A stretch of 48,998 bases of DNA, from assembly GCA_001275005.1 (NCBI GenBank), contig JWZX01003387.1, positions 1 to 48,998 on the forward strand. Direction: 5' to 3'. Below, piece by piece: positions 31,045 to 40,474 of the stretch. Numbering within the stretch: the stretch's first letter is position 1; the number at the start of each line of letters is the position of its first letter. The notes under the pieces were generated by a model. The model was not told the DNA's origin. It saw only the letters and a program-made list of their open reading frames with translations, and made no database searches. This stretch comes from Chrysochromulina tobinii. Taxonomy: Eukaryota. The translations under genes and the position numbers were made by a program.

Positions 31045-32941
31045 CTATGCCGCCATGGCCTCGGCCATCGCCTCCGCTTCGGCCGCCGCCATGGCCTCCG
31101 CTGCTGCCTCGGCAATAGCCTCGGCCTCTGCCGCCGCCATGGCCTCCGCTTGAAGCCTTGCCCGGGCTTCGGCCTCGGCCATCGCCTCCGCCTCGGCCGC
31201 CGCCATCGCCTCCGCCATCGCCGCCTCGTCGCCGCGCAGCCACGACATACGAGACAGCAGGTGCGACAAAAAATAAGTCTCGCGAACTGTCTCGCGTCTC
31301 TGCTGGCCGTCAAAACCTGTTTCGAGACCCGCACCTATGAGCGCCGGCGCACGCTCCGCGCTCTTGCGAGCCCACGGAGAACGAGCCCATGGTTGCTGCG
31401 CCCCACCCCCGTGCTCTTCCAATGCCGCGCTGCTCGTCGTGACGTAGCGCCATCCACCGAGGCGCTGTCGCCACCCGAACGCCGCCACAGTGCTCACTTC
31501 CCAGCAGGCGGTCAACGCCGCGACGAGCACAGAAGCGAGCTGGGCGAGCCACCATCCGATCCAATGGAGAAGGTGCCAGTGCAAGCTGATGCGGCTCTCA
31601 ACCAAGCTGCGGCACGCCTCATGGGCGAGCGCCGAAGATCGAAACCACCTGCGGCACTCCTCTTCCATCTTGTGAAGCTTCGCATCGGACGACTCCATCA
31701 AGGAGACACCGCGCACCTGAGGAGGGGCGCAATCAGAGTTCATCAACGGCAATCAAGGGGGAGGACTCCATCAATGAGACACCGCGCACAGGTGGGTTGA
31801 TGCGATAGAAGCGCGCGCCGCCCGTGTGACCGTGGCCGCCCAACGCGCGCACGGCCTCGCCGAAGCTCGACTCGCCGTCAGTGTCGGTGGCGAGCGCCGA
31901 GGGGCCTCCACACCCTAGGCTGATGACGACCCCAATCGGGCGACGTGGCCACAGAGCCCGGGCCTCCCGGATGGCAAGAGCTGAGGGATCATTGGCGACG
32001 AGCCCACCGTCGGCAACGTAGCTGCCCTCTTCTTCAACGCCGGCTTCGCGCGCGGCCGCTCCGCTCTGCAGCCCGGCCTCCCTCCTCCAACTTCTTTGTG
32101 CACGCTCATGGTAGACAAGAGTGCGTGGAAACAGCACTGGAGCGGCCGAGGTCGCCTCGATGGCCTCCTCGAGCGTCGCGCTGCTGGTGCCGGCGAGCGC
32201 CGTGGACGTTGTGCCCGATGGCACGCGGTACGTACGGAACAGGAACGGCTCGAGGCCAGCGCCGCACCGCCTGGCGGAGACAGCAAAGGCCTTGGGGCCG
32301 TCTTTCAGCGTGGCGAGCACTGGCGAAGGCGAGCCGCAAATGTCTCGCATGAACGCGCGTCGCTCGTCCGCGCAAAGGTGCCCACGCAACAGAAGCCTAG
32401 TCGGCGAGCGGTTGGCAAAGCAACGATTCTGCAGCTCACGAAGCGCAGCTCGTGCGAGCCTCGTTGCCTCTCCCTTTGGATAGCGTGCGAGAAAGAGTGA
32501 GCCGCAGCCGCCAATGCTCGTCCCAGCCACCAGGTCAAAGTAAGTGGATACGGGTGCACCAAGAATGGTCTCCATCTCCTCGACCATCGTTAGCAGGCAG
32601 CGCCCTCTGATTCCTCCACCATCCATGCACAGTATGTTTATCGGCATGCTAGGAGCACGATCGATGAGCTGGCGAGCCTCCTGAACATCCACGTGCTCAC
32701 GCAACTCAACGGTCTTGTAAGAATACAAGACCTGCGCGAGCCACCAGACCGTCGAGAACGCCCCTTCTGCTGGCACTGCTCGTGACACTACGCTTCGTGA
32801 CTCGCGCCGTGTCATGATGTCTCCGGCCTGTTGCCGAGAAACAAGGACGTGGGCCGGCGGCCCAACGCAAGCTCTCCTCCTTCTCGCGGGGGGAATTGCC
32901 AATTGCAATTGCAATTCCAATGCCGTGAATTCACACCTCAT
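31045..32941 (-). CDS. Patatin-like phospholipase (iPLA2-gamma-like); exons 32941-31790 and 31716-31045; start uncertain (32941 or 32815)
   Basis: DGGGIRG, GTSIG, ATSAAP, DGG motifs; phase-0 GT-AG intron 31789-31717; C-terminal (AEAMAAAE)n repeats. Confidence 0.88.
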
Positions 32942-33125
32942 CCGAAGTTTAGGGGGGACAGAATTAGAGCTCACAGCAGAAAAAGTGTGAGAGAAATCTT
33001 TGCCTTCTTTTCATGCTTCATTTGTCGGTGATATCAAATCCCCACTATTCTTCACCACCTGCCGAAGCCGGCCTTGTTTCGGGCCGAAGGATGGCACGCA
33101 GACAAAAATGTCTGACTCATCATCC

Positions 33126-34442
33126 TCAACCGGGCGGTCCACCCAGAATGAACTGGCGCCAAGCTGCAGCCTTGGTTGCAAGCGGCTGGGTGTTTGCCCT
33201 GCTCGACGACGGCAGCACATGCAGCGTGACGGCGCTTCCAGCGAGCACGCCGCCGCCATGGCCTCGCTCATAGGTAGCTTTCGCCTTTGCACCGATGAAG
33301 CCAATCCTCGTGATCGTCGGATGGGCGCGGAGCAGTGAAGGCACGTCATTGTACCTTGGTGTTTCCGCATGCGCCGCGCTTCGCTTCCTACCGACCTGCT
33401 CGTGCACGTTGGCCAGCACGTCCCAGACCGCGACCCCCACCTCAAGCGCCGCCGTTTGCGTGTCGGCAAGGGCCGTGGACGATGGAAGTCCCAACGCTGC
33501 CTGCAGCACCGGCCACATACTCCGATCCGCGTATGGCAAGTCGCCTGGCGCCGGCGCCGCGCTCGCCGTCTCGCCGAGGAGAAGCGCGCGGGGAGCCGAG
33601 GACATGAGCGGCTCCGCTGCCGCTGCGGCACCGTCCTGCTCATGCCTGCTGCCGCCGCCTCCGCGCGCGCCACCGCCTCCTGCTCGACCTTGAGCTTCTC
33701 CTCCTGCTCCTCGGACATGAAGCGGCGGTGCGGGCAGCAGGGGCAGCAACGGTGGGTGCGCCGCTGCCGGAGCTTCACGGCCCCTTCGAGCTTCACCGAG
33801 CTTGGACATCTGGCCCTCTTCGAGAAAGTCGACAAGCGGCGACACGTCGAGCAGCGCACCGGGTTGAGCACGTGACACAGCCGCGGCCACAACAAGTTGC
33901 ACAGCCTTCGCCGCCGCATCGCGATTCGACCTCGAGAGCTTTACAACCGCCACGTCAGGACGTTCGCGTATTGCTTCGACCGCAGCGATCTTGTGGCCAT
34001 AACGAGGCATGGGTAGCGTGCCAAGCACGGTCGCAGCACCACCATCCAGGATGGATTCGACGAGAGGCAAGAAGGTCTGCGAGAATAGTTCCATTTTCCC
34101 CACCTCATCGATCACGGTGATTGGCGTTGCCGTGGCCGACTTAAGAGAAGGCAGCGCGATGCTCTCAAAAGAGGGAACGTCCACCGAGTACTTGCCAACC
34201 ATGTACTTACCCTTGCCCACCGTCGCAAGCGTGCCGATCACTGATGCCGAAGGACTCAGGGCGACAACGTCAAAGCCTGAGCGCTCACTGCCTGAGCGGC
34301 GCTCTGCCGTGTAGAAGCCGCACACGTCTTGACAAGCACGCACCGCTGCAACAACAAGGGTAGTTTTCCCGACCCCAGGCTGGCCTGTGATGAAGATGTG
34401 CCGAGCCATGATGATCTCGCCTTCGGTCATTCTTTCGCTCAT
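33126..34442 (-). CDS. Fusion of NTPCR/THEP1-type NTPase and uracil/hypoxanthine DNA glycosylase-like (UDG-fold) domain
   Basis: HIFITGQPGVGKTT, GFYTAE, VGKYSVD, VIDEVGKME; C-terminal LLLGET..GVAVWDVL..NDVPSLL..ITRIGFIGAKA..LPSSSRAN..KAAAW. Start 34442 or 34409. Confidence 0.82.
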   Translation of the reverse strand: MSERMTEGEIIMARHIFITGQPGVGKTTLVVAAVRACQDVCGFYTAERRSGSERSGFDVVALSPSASVIGTLATVGKGKYMVGKYSVDVPSFESIALPSLKSATATPITVIDEVGKMELFSQTFLPLVESILDGGAATVLGTLPMPRYGHKIAAVEAIRERPDVAVVKLSRSNRDAAAKAVQLVVAAAVSRAQPGALLDVSPLVDFLEEGQMSKLGEARRGREAPAAAHPPLLPLLPAPPLHVRGAGGEAQGRAGGGGARGGGGSRHEQDGAAAAAEPLMSSAPRALLLGETASAAPAPGDLPYADRSMWPVLQAALGLPSSTALADTQTAALEVGVAVWDVLANVHEQVGRKRSAAHAETPRYNDVPSLLRAHPTITRIGFIGAKAKATYERGHGGGVLAGSAVTLHVLPSSSRANTQPLATKAAAWRQFILGGPPG

Positions 34443-34888
34443 CTGCTGACGTTCCAGGTGTGAATACAAGTCAATGAATACACATCACACGTACTGTACA
34501 AATAGCATCAAAACACATTAAGACATTCTTTCACAAGCAGTCATAAGGACTGTGGCCGTTTCCTTCACGCATCGGCTCGTATTGACGACAGCAAAACTGT
34601 AGCAGGCAAAATCATGAGCAAAATGTAACATCGGGATCAAAGAAGTTAAAACTCTCTCATAGCGTTCAGCATTTTCATATTCCCCGAACAAGCAAGTAGC
34701 AACGTAGGTGTCAGGGGGGGGAGCAGGGCGTGCAGGCATGCCTGGCGCTTTTGCCTTTTCGTGCGGCGTGTGGTGCATGCTGTTTGGCATGCTGGACAGC
34801 ACAGAGATATGATCCCGCCATCAACTGATGATAACTCATGCGTACAGGCCACGCCCGTCCATGCCGCCAGCTACTATGCGTCTAGGCT

Positions 34889-35653
34889 CTACGCCCGTTT
34901 GCTCTTGTCCTTCTTGGGCGAGCGGTTCTCCGTGCCGGCGAGCGTGCCAGCAAGCCATTCGTTCTCAACGGCCGCTGGAGCCTTGGCCTTCTTCGCCGCG
35001 CCCTCCTTGGCCTTGGCAGCCCCGCCGCCGCCCGTGAGGAGCTTGGCCACCGAAGCGAGGATCAGCAGCATGCCAACGCCTCCCAGCCCCATCTGCAACA
35101 TTTGCATCTGCGACTCCCGGTTCGGCCGCGCGGGCACGAGCTCGAAGGATTGGTTCACGACGACGTTGAGGAAAGGGTACTTCTCCTTATCATTGTAGTA
35201 CGCTGTGGCCTCGAGCTTGTAGGTTCCCAGCGTTTCCTCGGCATCCAGCTCCAGCGGGTAGCGGAACGAGCGCTGCTCGCGCGGCCCGAGAGGCTGCCCA
35301 TACTCAAAGCGGCCGAGATCCTTGTACAGGGTGCCGTCGGATGTCCGCAGCTTGACCACGATATGCGACATGTTGAACATCTTGTTTCCATTGTTGATCA
35401 TCGCGACAAGCAGGTCGGTCGTGCCGCCGATGTGCAGCTTAGTGCTGTCCGGACTCTCGGGTAGGATCCACGCTGGCTCAATGTCAGAGTGAGATTCTGT
35501 TGCCGTGAGCTTGATGTCCTCCGAGAGAGAGGGGTCGGAGAAATCGGTGCGGTCAACCTCGTCAGGCGCTTCAGACTCTTCTGCGGAGACGGCGACTGCC
35601 GCAGAGGTGAGGATGAGCGCAATGATGAGGAACCTGTCGATGCGGAAGGCCAT
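34889..35653 (-). CDS. SSR1: Translocon-associated protein alpha (TRAP-alpha)
   Basis: Signal peptide, acidic segment, luminal domain (LLVAMINNG..SFRY..VVNQS), one TM helix, basic tail with NEWLAGT. Confidence 0.78.
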   Translation of the reverse strand: MAFRIDRFLIIALILTSAAVAVSAEESEAPDEVDRTDFSDPSLSEDIKLTATESHSDIEPAWILPESPDSTKLHIGGTTDLLVAMINNGNKMFNMSHIVVKLRTSDGTLYKDLGRFEYGQPLGPREQRSFRYPLELDAEETLGTYKLEATAYYNDKEKYPFLNVVVNQSFELVPARPNRESQMQMLQMGLGGVGMLLILASVAKLLTGGGGAAKAKEGAAKKAKAPAAVENEWLAGTLAGTENRSPKKDKSKRA

Positions 35654-36183
35654 GAGGACCTGTGATCTGCACGAGTCGTTCGGCGGAGACCGGCTCAGGG
35701 ATTGCACTACAGGCTGGCGACAAACGATCGTCGGCTGTGCACATCGCGCGCGCGGCGCGCCGTGTCAGATGGTCTGGAAGTGGCTCACCTGCAATCCCCG
35801 TCGGGGCGGCTCTGCGGCTCGGACACGTCATCGTCAAGTTCTCGACAGTCGTACCGTAACTGCATGCAGCGGTCTCAGTGGTCGGTACCGCACGTGTACA
35901 GGCACACGTCGCGTGGGTGCGGTGCAGGGCCCTGGGCACAAATTTGATTTCTCCGGATACAATGTAGGCATTTGTTTTCCGGGCACGGGGCAGGCTGGTG
36001 TGTATGCCGGTGTGTGTGCTGCCGTCGTCAGCCGTGATCATCTGGACAGTTCTGAGGACTCAGAGTAATGACGAGTAAAATCTAACGCGGACTAAACGCT
36101 TCTATACACTAATCACTTATTACTGGGCCGTCGGCGCGTCCTGACTAGATGTGGCGCTATATGCTACGGCGGCCCCGCATTGT

Positions 36184-38205
36184 TCAGCGGACTGACACGC
36201 CGCTTTCATGTGCCTCCTTCACCTCGTCATGCGTAGGCAGCGGACCGGCTCTCAGGAAGACGTGTTCAAATTGGGACATCACGGCGGCGGGCTCGAAGGC
36301 ACGGTGCGCATTGAAGTCGCCTCTCTGATTGCGGTCAAAGTGCAGCATCTGGTGTACAAGAGACGCGTGATCGCGATAGAAGAAGCGCTCCAAGTTGTGG
36401 CCGCGTAGTGTGTCGAGGTGCATACTGCCGTGTCCGTCGTCGTCGTGCGCTGCCGAGGCGAGCACCGGACGGTTGTGCGCGGAGAATTCGGCGCATGCAA
36501 GTCCAAACGTCTCGCCGCCACTTCGCGCGTGCAACATCGCGTCGCATGTGCGGATGAAGCTCGAAATACGCCCAACGTCCGAGGTGCGTGGAAGGTGGAT
36601 GATGTTGCGGCGGGGTGTGGTGAAGGGGGCAGTGTTTAGGAAGACAAAGTAGATGGAGTCGGCGCGCGCCCGCGCCACCTCGATAACGGCGCGACTGGCA
36701 AACTGGATGTCGAAGGTGTCCCATCCGCCGTGCCGGCCGAAGACGGTCGCATCGGCCGGGAGCCCGAGCTCCACGCGGAGGTTGGGTCCATGCGGATCGC
36801 ATGACCTCACGATGTGGGGCACGACAGGTGCAAAGCCGCGGACGCACGGGCTGATCTTGGCGTACACATCGCCGTGCGGCGTGTTGGCATGGAAGACGCA
36901 GTGGACGAGAGAACGCACGCTGCGTGGCAGCAGCCGCACGTCGGGCACGTACGGCGTGCCCTCCTTGATGATGTACACGTGGCCGATGCACTTGTTTTCA
37001 AGGAAGGCGCCCACCTCGTCGACTTGGAGCCCGATGACCCGCTTCGCGCCGAAGCGCCGCGTGAACTTATCACGCGCGCCATGGTACCCTTCGAGACCGG
37101 GGTACAGCACGTACGAAGTTAGTCCAAGGCAGCGCTCGCCAAAGTCAGCGTAATCGTAGACGGCCACCTCCGTGCCGCGCTCGCACATCGAATAGGTCCA
37201 GAAGGCGACGCGCTGGCCCAGCCTCGGCCGCCTTGGACAGCCATCGCCACCGCCGCCGCTTGCGCCGCCACCGCCGCCGCAGCATCTGCCACCTCCGCCG
37301 CAGCTACCGCTCCCACCATTGCCGCCGCCGCCCACGCCGCCCACGCCGCCCCCGCCACTCCCGCCACTCCCGCCACCGGCGTCGCCACCGGCGTCGCCAC
37401 CGCCGCCGTTACCGCCATCACGATCACCGTGAATGGCAGCTTTAGCAGAGTGAATGGTAGCTTTGGCACAGCGAATCGCAGCTTTGGCACTTGTATCTTT
37501 GGAATGGGCGAGGAGGCCGCAGCCCTCGAGCAGCAAGCTGACCTCGTCCAAGTGCCAACCCATCGCCTCGAGAGCATCGGCGAGGAGCCGCGGTGAGAGG
37601 CTCAGGCGCTGGGCAATCGTGAGGTCATCGGCCATGGATGGAAGATCGTCGAGTGCGGTTGCGATCTCCAGGGCGATCTCCTCGGATGAGTGGCCGTTGA
37701 TGAGCTCCACAGAATAACTTCGCGCCGCCAACGCTTGGCGCAACACGCCGATGGCAGTGATGCAGCGCTCCCATAGCGTGATGGGCGGATCCAGTGGCTC
37801 CAAGCGCGATGACGAGGGCATGGGGATTCGACCTTCCCGCCAGGATCGCATGAAGGCATTTATAATGCGCTGCCGATCAGTGACTGCGCTCACGCCACAT
37901 CGCTTCAGCCGTCGCATCAGTGCACTTCGGCCCTCAACAACGTCCACAGCAGAGCAATACCTATAAGCGAAGCTGCATAAGTCTTCGTCCTGCAGCTTTT
38001 CAAAAAGATGCGAGGCCCCCGCTTCCTCCAGAAGCATCGCCATGCCATGCAATAGGCGCGGCGGTGGGCACGATGTGCCACCCGATTCAAAGAAACTCCT
38101 CGCTTCTGCCTCAGTCCAGTGTTGCATGACAGCCAAGTCGAGCGGCACGTCGTCGGCGAGCGCCTCGCTCTGGAGCTCGTGCAACTTGTCGACAGAGAGC
38201 GGCAT
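36184..38205 (-). CDS. GT-B glycosyltransferase-like domain with N-terminal helical/SAM-like modules and Gly-rich linker
   Basis: CERGTEVAVYDYA, VFGRHGGWDTFDI, FIRTCDAMLHARSGGETFGLACAEFS; start inferred at MPLSV (38205). Confidence 0.78.
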   Translation of the reverse strand: MPLSVDKLHELQSEALADDVPLDLAVMQHWTEAEARSFFESGGTSCPPPRLLHGMAMLLEEAGASHLFEKLQDEDLCSFAYRYCSAVDVVEGRSALMRRLKRCGVSAVTDRQRIINAFMRSWREGRIPMPSSSRLEPLDPPITLWERCITAIGVLRQALAARSYSVELINGHSSEEIALEIATALDDLPSMADDLTIAQRLSLSPRLLADALEAMGWHLDEVSLLLEGCGLLAHSKDTSAKAAIRCAKATIHSAKAAIHGDRDGGNGGGGDAGGDAGGGSGGSGGGGVGGVGGGGNGGSGSCGGGGRCCGGGGGASGGGGDGCPRRPRLGQRVAFWTYSMCERGTEVAVYDYADFGERCLGLTSYVLYPGLEGYHGARDKFTRRFGAKRVIGLQVDEVGAFLENKCIGHVYIIKEGTPYVPDVRLLPRSVRSLVHCVFHANTPHGDVYAKISPCVRGFAPVVPHIVRSCDPHGPNLRVELGLPADATVFGRHGGWDTFDIQFASRAVIEVARARADSIYFVFLNTAPFTTPRRNIIHLPRTSDVGRISSFIRTCDAMLHARSGGETFGLACAEFSAHNRPVLASAAHDDDGHGSMHLDTLRGHNLERFFYRDHASLVHQMLHFDRNQRGDFNAHRAFEPAAVMSQFEHVFLRAGPLPTHDEVKEAHESGVSVR

Positions 38206-38374
38206 TAACGCGGTCCCGCCTAAAAGGTGCTCGTTTTCTGCCGTGAAGCGTGGGCCACCATTTACACGCAGGTTGTGATGGTGAGGATGCGTGTTGCCAA
38301 AAAAATCACCAAAAGCGCCGTCTCGGAACCTACCGGTACGCGTTGTGTTGAACAGCAGCCGGCACTCTTCGCAA

Positions 38375-39965
38375 ATGGCGACGCTTACGCCCAACTCTCC
38401 AAGCTCCTGGGACCCATCAGCGTGGGAAAGGAGCATTCTGAATAGCGGCGAGCAAGCGGTAGCTTACATGAGCAGCGATTTGAGGCGCCAGGCAGCGAGG
38501 CTGTCCGAGGCGGCAACAGAGGAGAATCGGAGGGGCATCTACCTCGCTCTCTGCAGCAGCATTTTCATAGGCGCGTCCTTCATCATCAAGAAGAAGGGCT
38601 TGATACTCGCGAGCCAGAAAGGCACGCGCGCCGGCGCGGGAGGCTACTCGTACCTAACGGAGCCGCTCTGGTGGGTCGGCATGTTGACGATGATCGGCGG
38701 CGAGTTTGCCAACTTCGCGGCATACGCTTATGCCCCGGCGATCGTGGTGACGCCGCTGGGCGCCTCGACGATCATCATCTCAGCAATCCTCGCCAATTTC
38801 TTTCTTGGCGAGTCGCTGCACGCATGCGGCATCCTCGCCTGCGTGCTCGCTGTGTGCGGCTCGCTCATTCTGCTCAGTCACGCACCCGCCGAGGCGCCGC
38901 TCGAGTCGGTCGAGGAGATCTGGGCGCTCGCCACGCAGCCGCAGTTCCTCGTGTACGCGTGCCTGGTCATCAGCCTCTCCATACTCCTCATGTACCGCTT
39001 CGCGCCGCGCTATGGGCGCACGCACCTGCTGATCTACGTGCTCATCTGCTCGCTGGTGGGCAGCCTCTCCGTCGTCTCATGCAAGGCACTCGGCATCGCA
39101 CTGAAGCTGACCTTGCGCGGGAGCAACCAGGTGTTCAAGAAGGAGACGTTCGCCTTCCTGTGCTGCGTCATCTGCTGCATCCTCGTCCAGATGAATTATC
39201 TGAACAAGGTGTGCGCTCGCACTCTCGCATGCATGCCGCCACGCGCCGCAGCCCCTCAGCCGCGCCTGCACACAACGCCTCGAGACGTAACGGCCGCACG
39301 CATGGTAGCCGTTACGCCCTGGCGCCGTCCTTGCGACGGTTCCCATGCACGCTGCTGCGCACTCCCGCCACCATACCACCGTGGCTGTGCGCTCGAAGCC
39401 GCACACGTCGCGTGATCATGTTCACAGCTGTGGCCACAATCCAGGGCGAGCCATCCCACACGCTTAAGCCTTGCCATGGGCGATGTGATTTTCAGCCTCC
39501 CGACACCTCGACTTCCGAGGCGCTGCCGCCCGCCCGCCTGGCTGTGGCGCCGCCGCACGCCTCCGGTGCCAGGAGTGCCCTCTGTGCCGCACACTCCCAG
39601 CCCCAATTCTCGCCTGTGAGCGCCCGCGTACCGACGGCTGTCTCGTGGTGCAGGCGCTCGACACCTTCAACACGGCCGTCGTCTCCTCGACGTACTATGT
39701 CTTCTTCACCACGTGCACCATCACCGCCTCGATGATCATGTACAAGGATTGGGAGGGGCAGGCCGCGGGCACGATCACCGTTCAGGTGGCCGGGTTCATG
39801 GTACTCATGGTAGGCGTCTACCTGCTCACAGTGACGCGCGACGCCGAACCGGGCTGCGCGGCGGGGATGCGTGTCGTGCTCGGCCGGCCGGCCCGCGGCC
39901 GACAGGCGGGCGGCCCCGAGTACTCGCTAGTGCGGACGGATGACCAGAGAGGGGACTCGGTCTGA
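38375..39965 (+). CDS. NIPA-family magnesium transporter; exons 38375-39208 and 39654-39965
   Basis: SSIFIGASFIIKKKGL, RAGAGGYSYL..WWVG, NFAAYAYAPAIVVTPLGA; intron 39209-39653 joins QMNYLNK|ALDTFNTAVV. Start 38375 or 38468. Confidence 0.93.
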
Positions 39966-40474
39966 TGCTGCACTGTCCGGGGGGATGCGCGCTGCGTGCG
40001 CCTCGGTCGGCCCGTTCTAGGTACAAAGTTGATGTGGCTGTCCGGCGTCGGTGGGCGTCCCCGTCGTTCATTCAGTTTTGTGTATTCAGATCGTTTCAAA
40101 GTTTCACAGATCCCGTCATTTTGTATACGAGCTGAATCACAGCCAATGTTTAGAATTCGACACCCAAGACACCGGACCGGCGTACATACGGATGCGGTTA
40201 ACACTAGCTCGGGGACCCCTGGACCCCCTATTATCACAGCCATACTCGATCAGCCGCCGGGCCGGGCCGCTGAACGCTTAGCCCCGCCCGGTCGCCTTAA
40301 GCGCGTCCTTGATAAGGCGCATCTTCATCTCGGTGATCTTCTTCCGGATACCCTTCGCGTCGCCCACCTGCGCAGCCGCTGCGAGCTGCTGCGTGTGGTG
40401 TACGAATTTCGCGGTATATTCTCACGTCATGCATATTCTACTTAAGCGGATTCCACCAAGAGGCGAGACCGGTG

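Noticed and set aside
34518..34802. 94-aa AT-richer ORF between the NTPase fusion and TRAP-alpha
   Set aside because: Short with no recognisable motif; cannot be told from UTR or intergenic sequence.
38206..38436. Overlapping 5' extensions of the glycosyltransferase and NIPA ORFs
   Set aside because: More simply a divergent promoter; downstream ATGs precede the recognisable domains.
40015..40250. AT-richer segment with TGGCTGT/ACAGCCA as a possible MITE
   Set aside because: The inverted match is only 7 bp and there is no target-site duplication.
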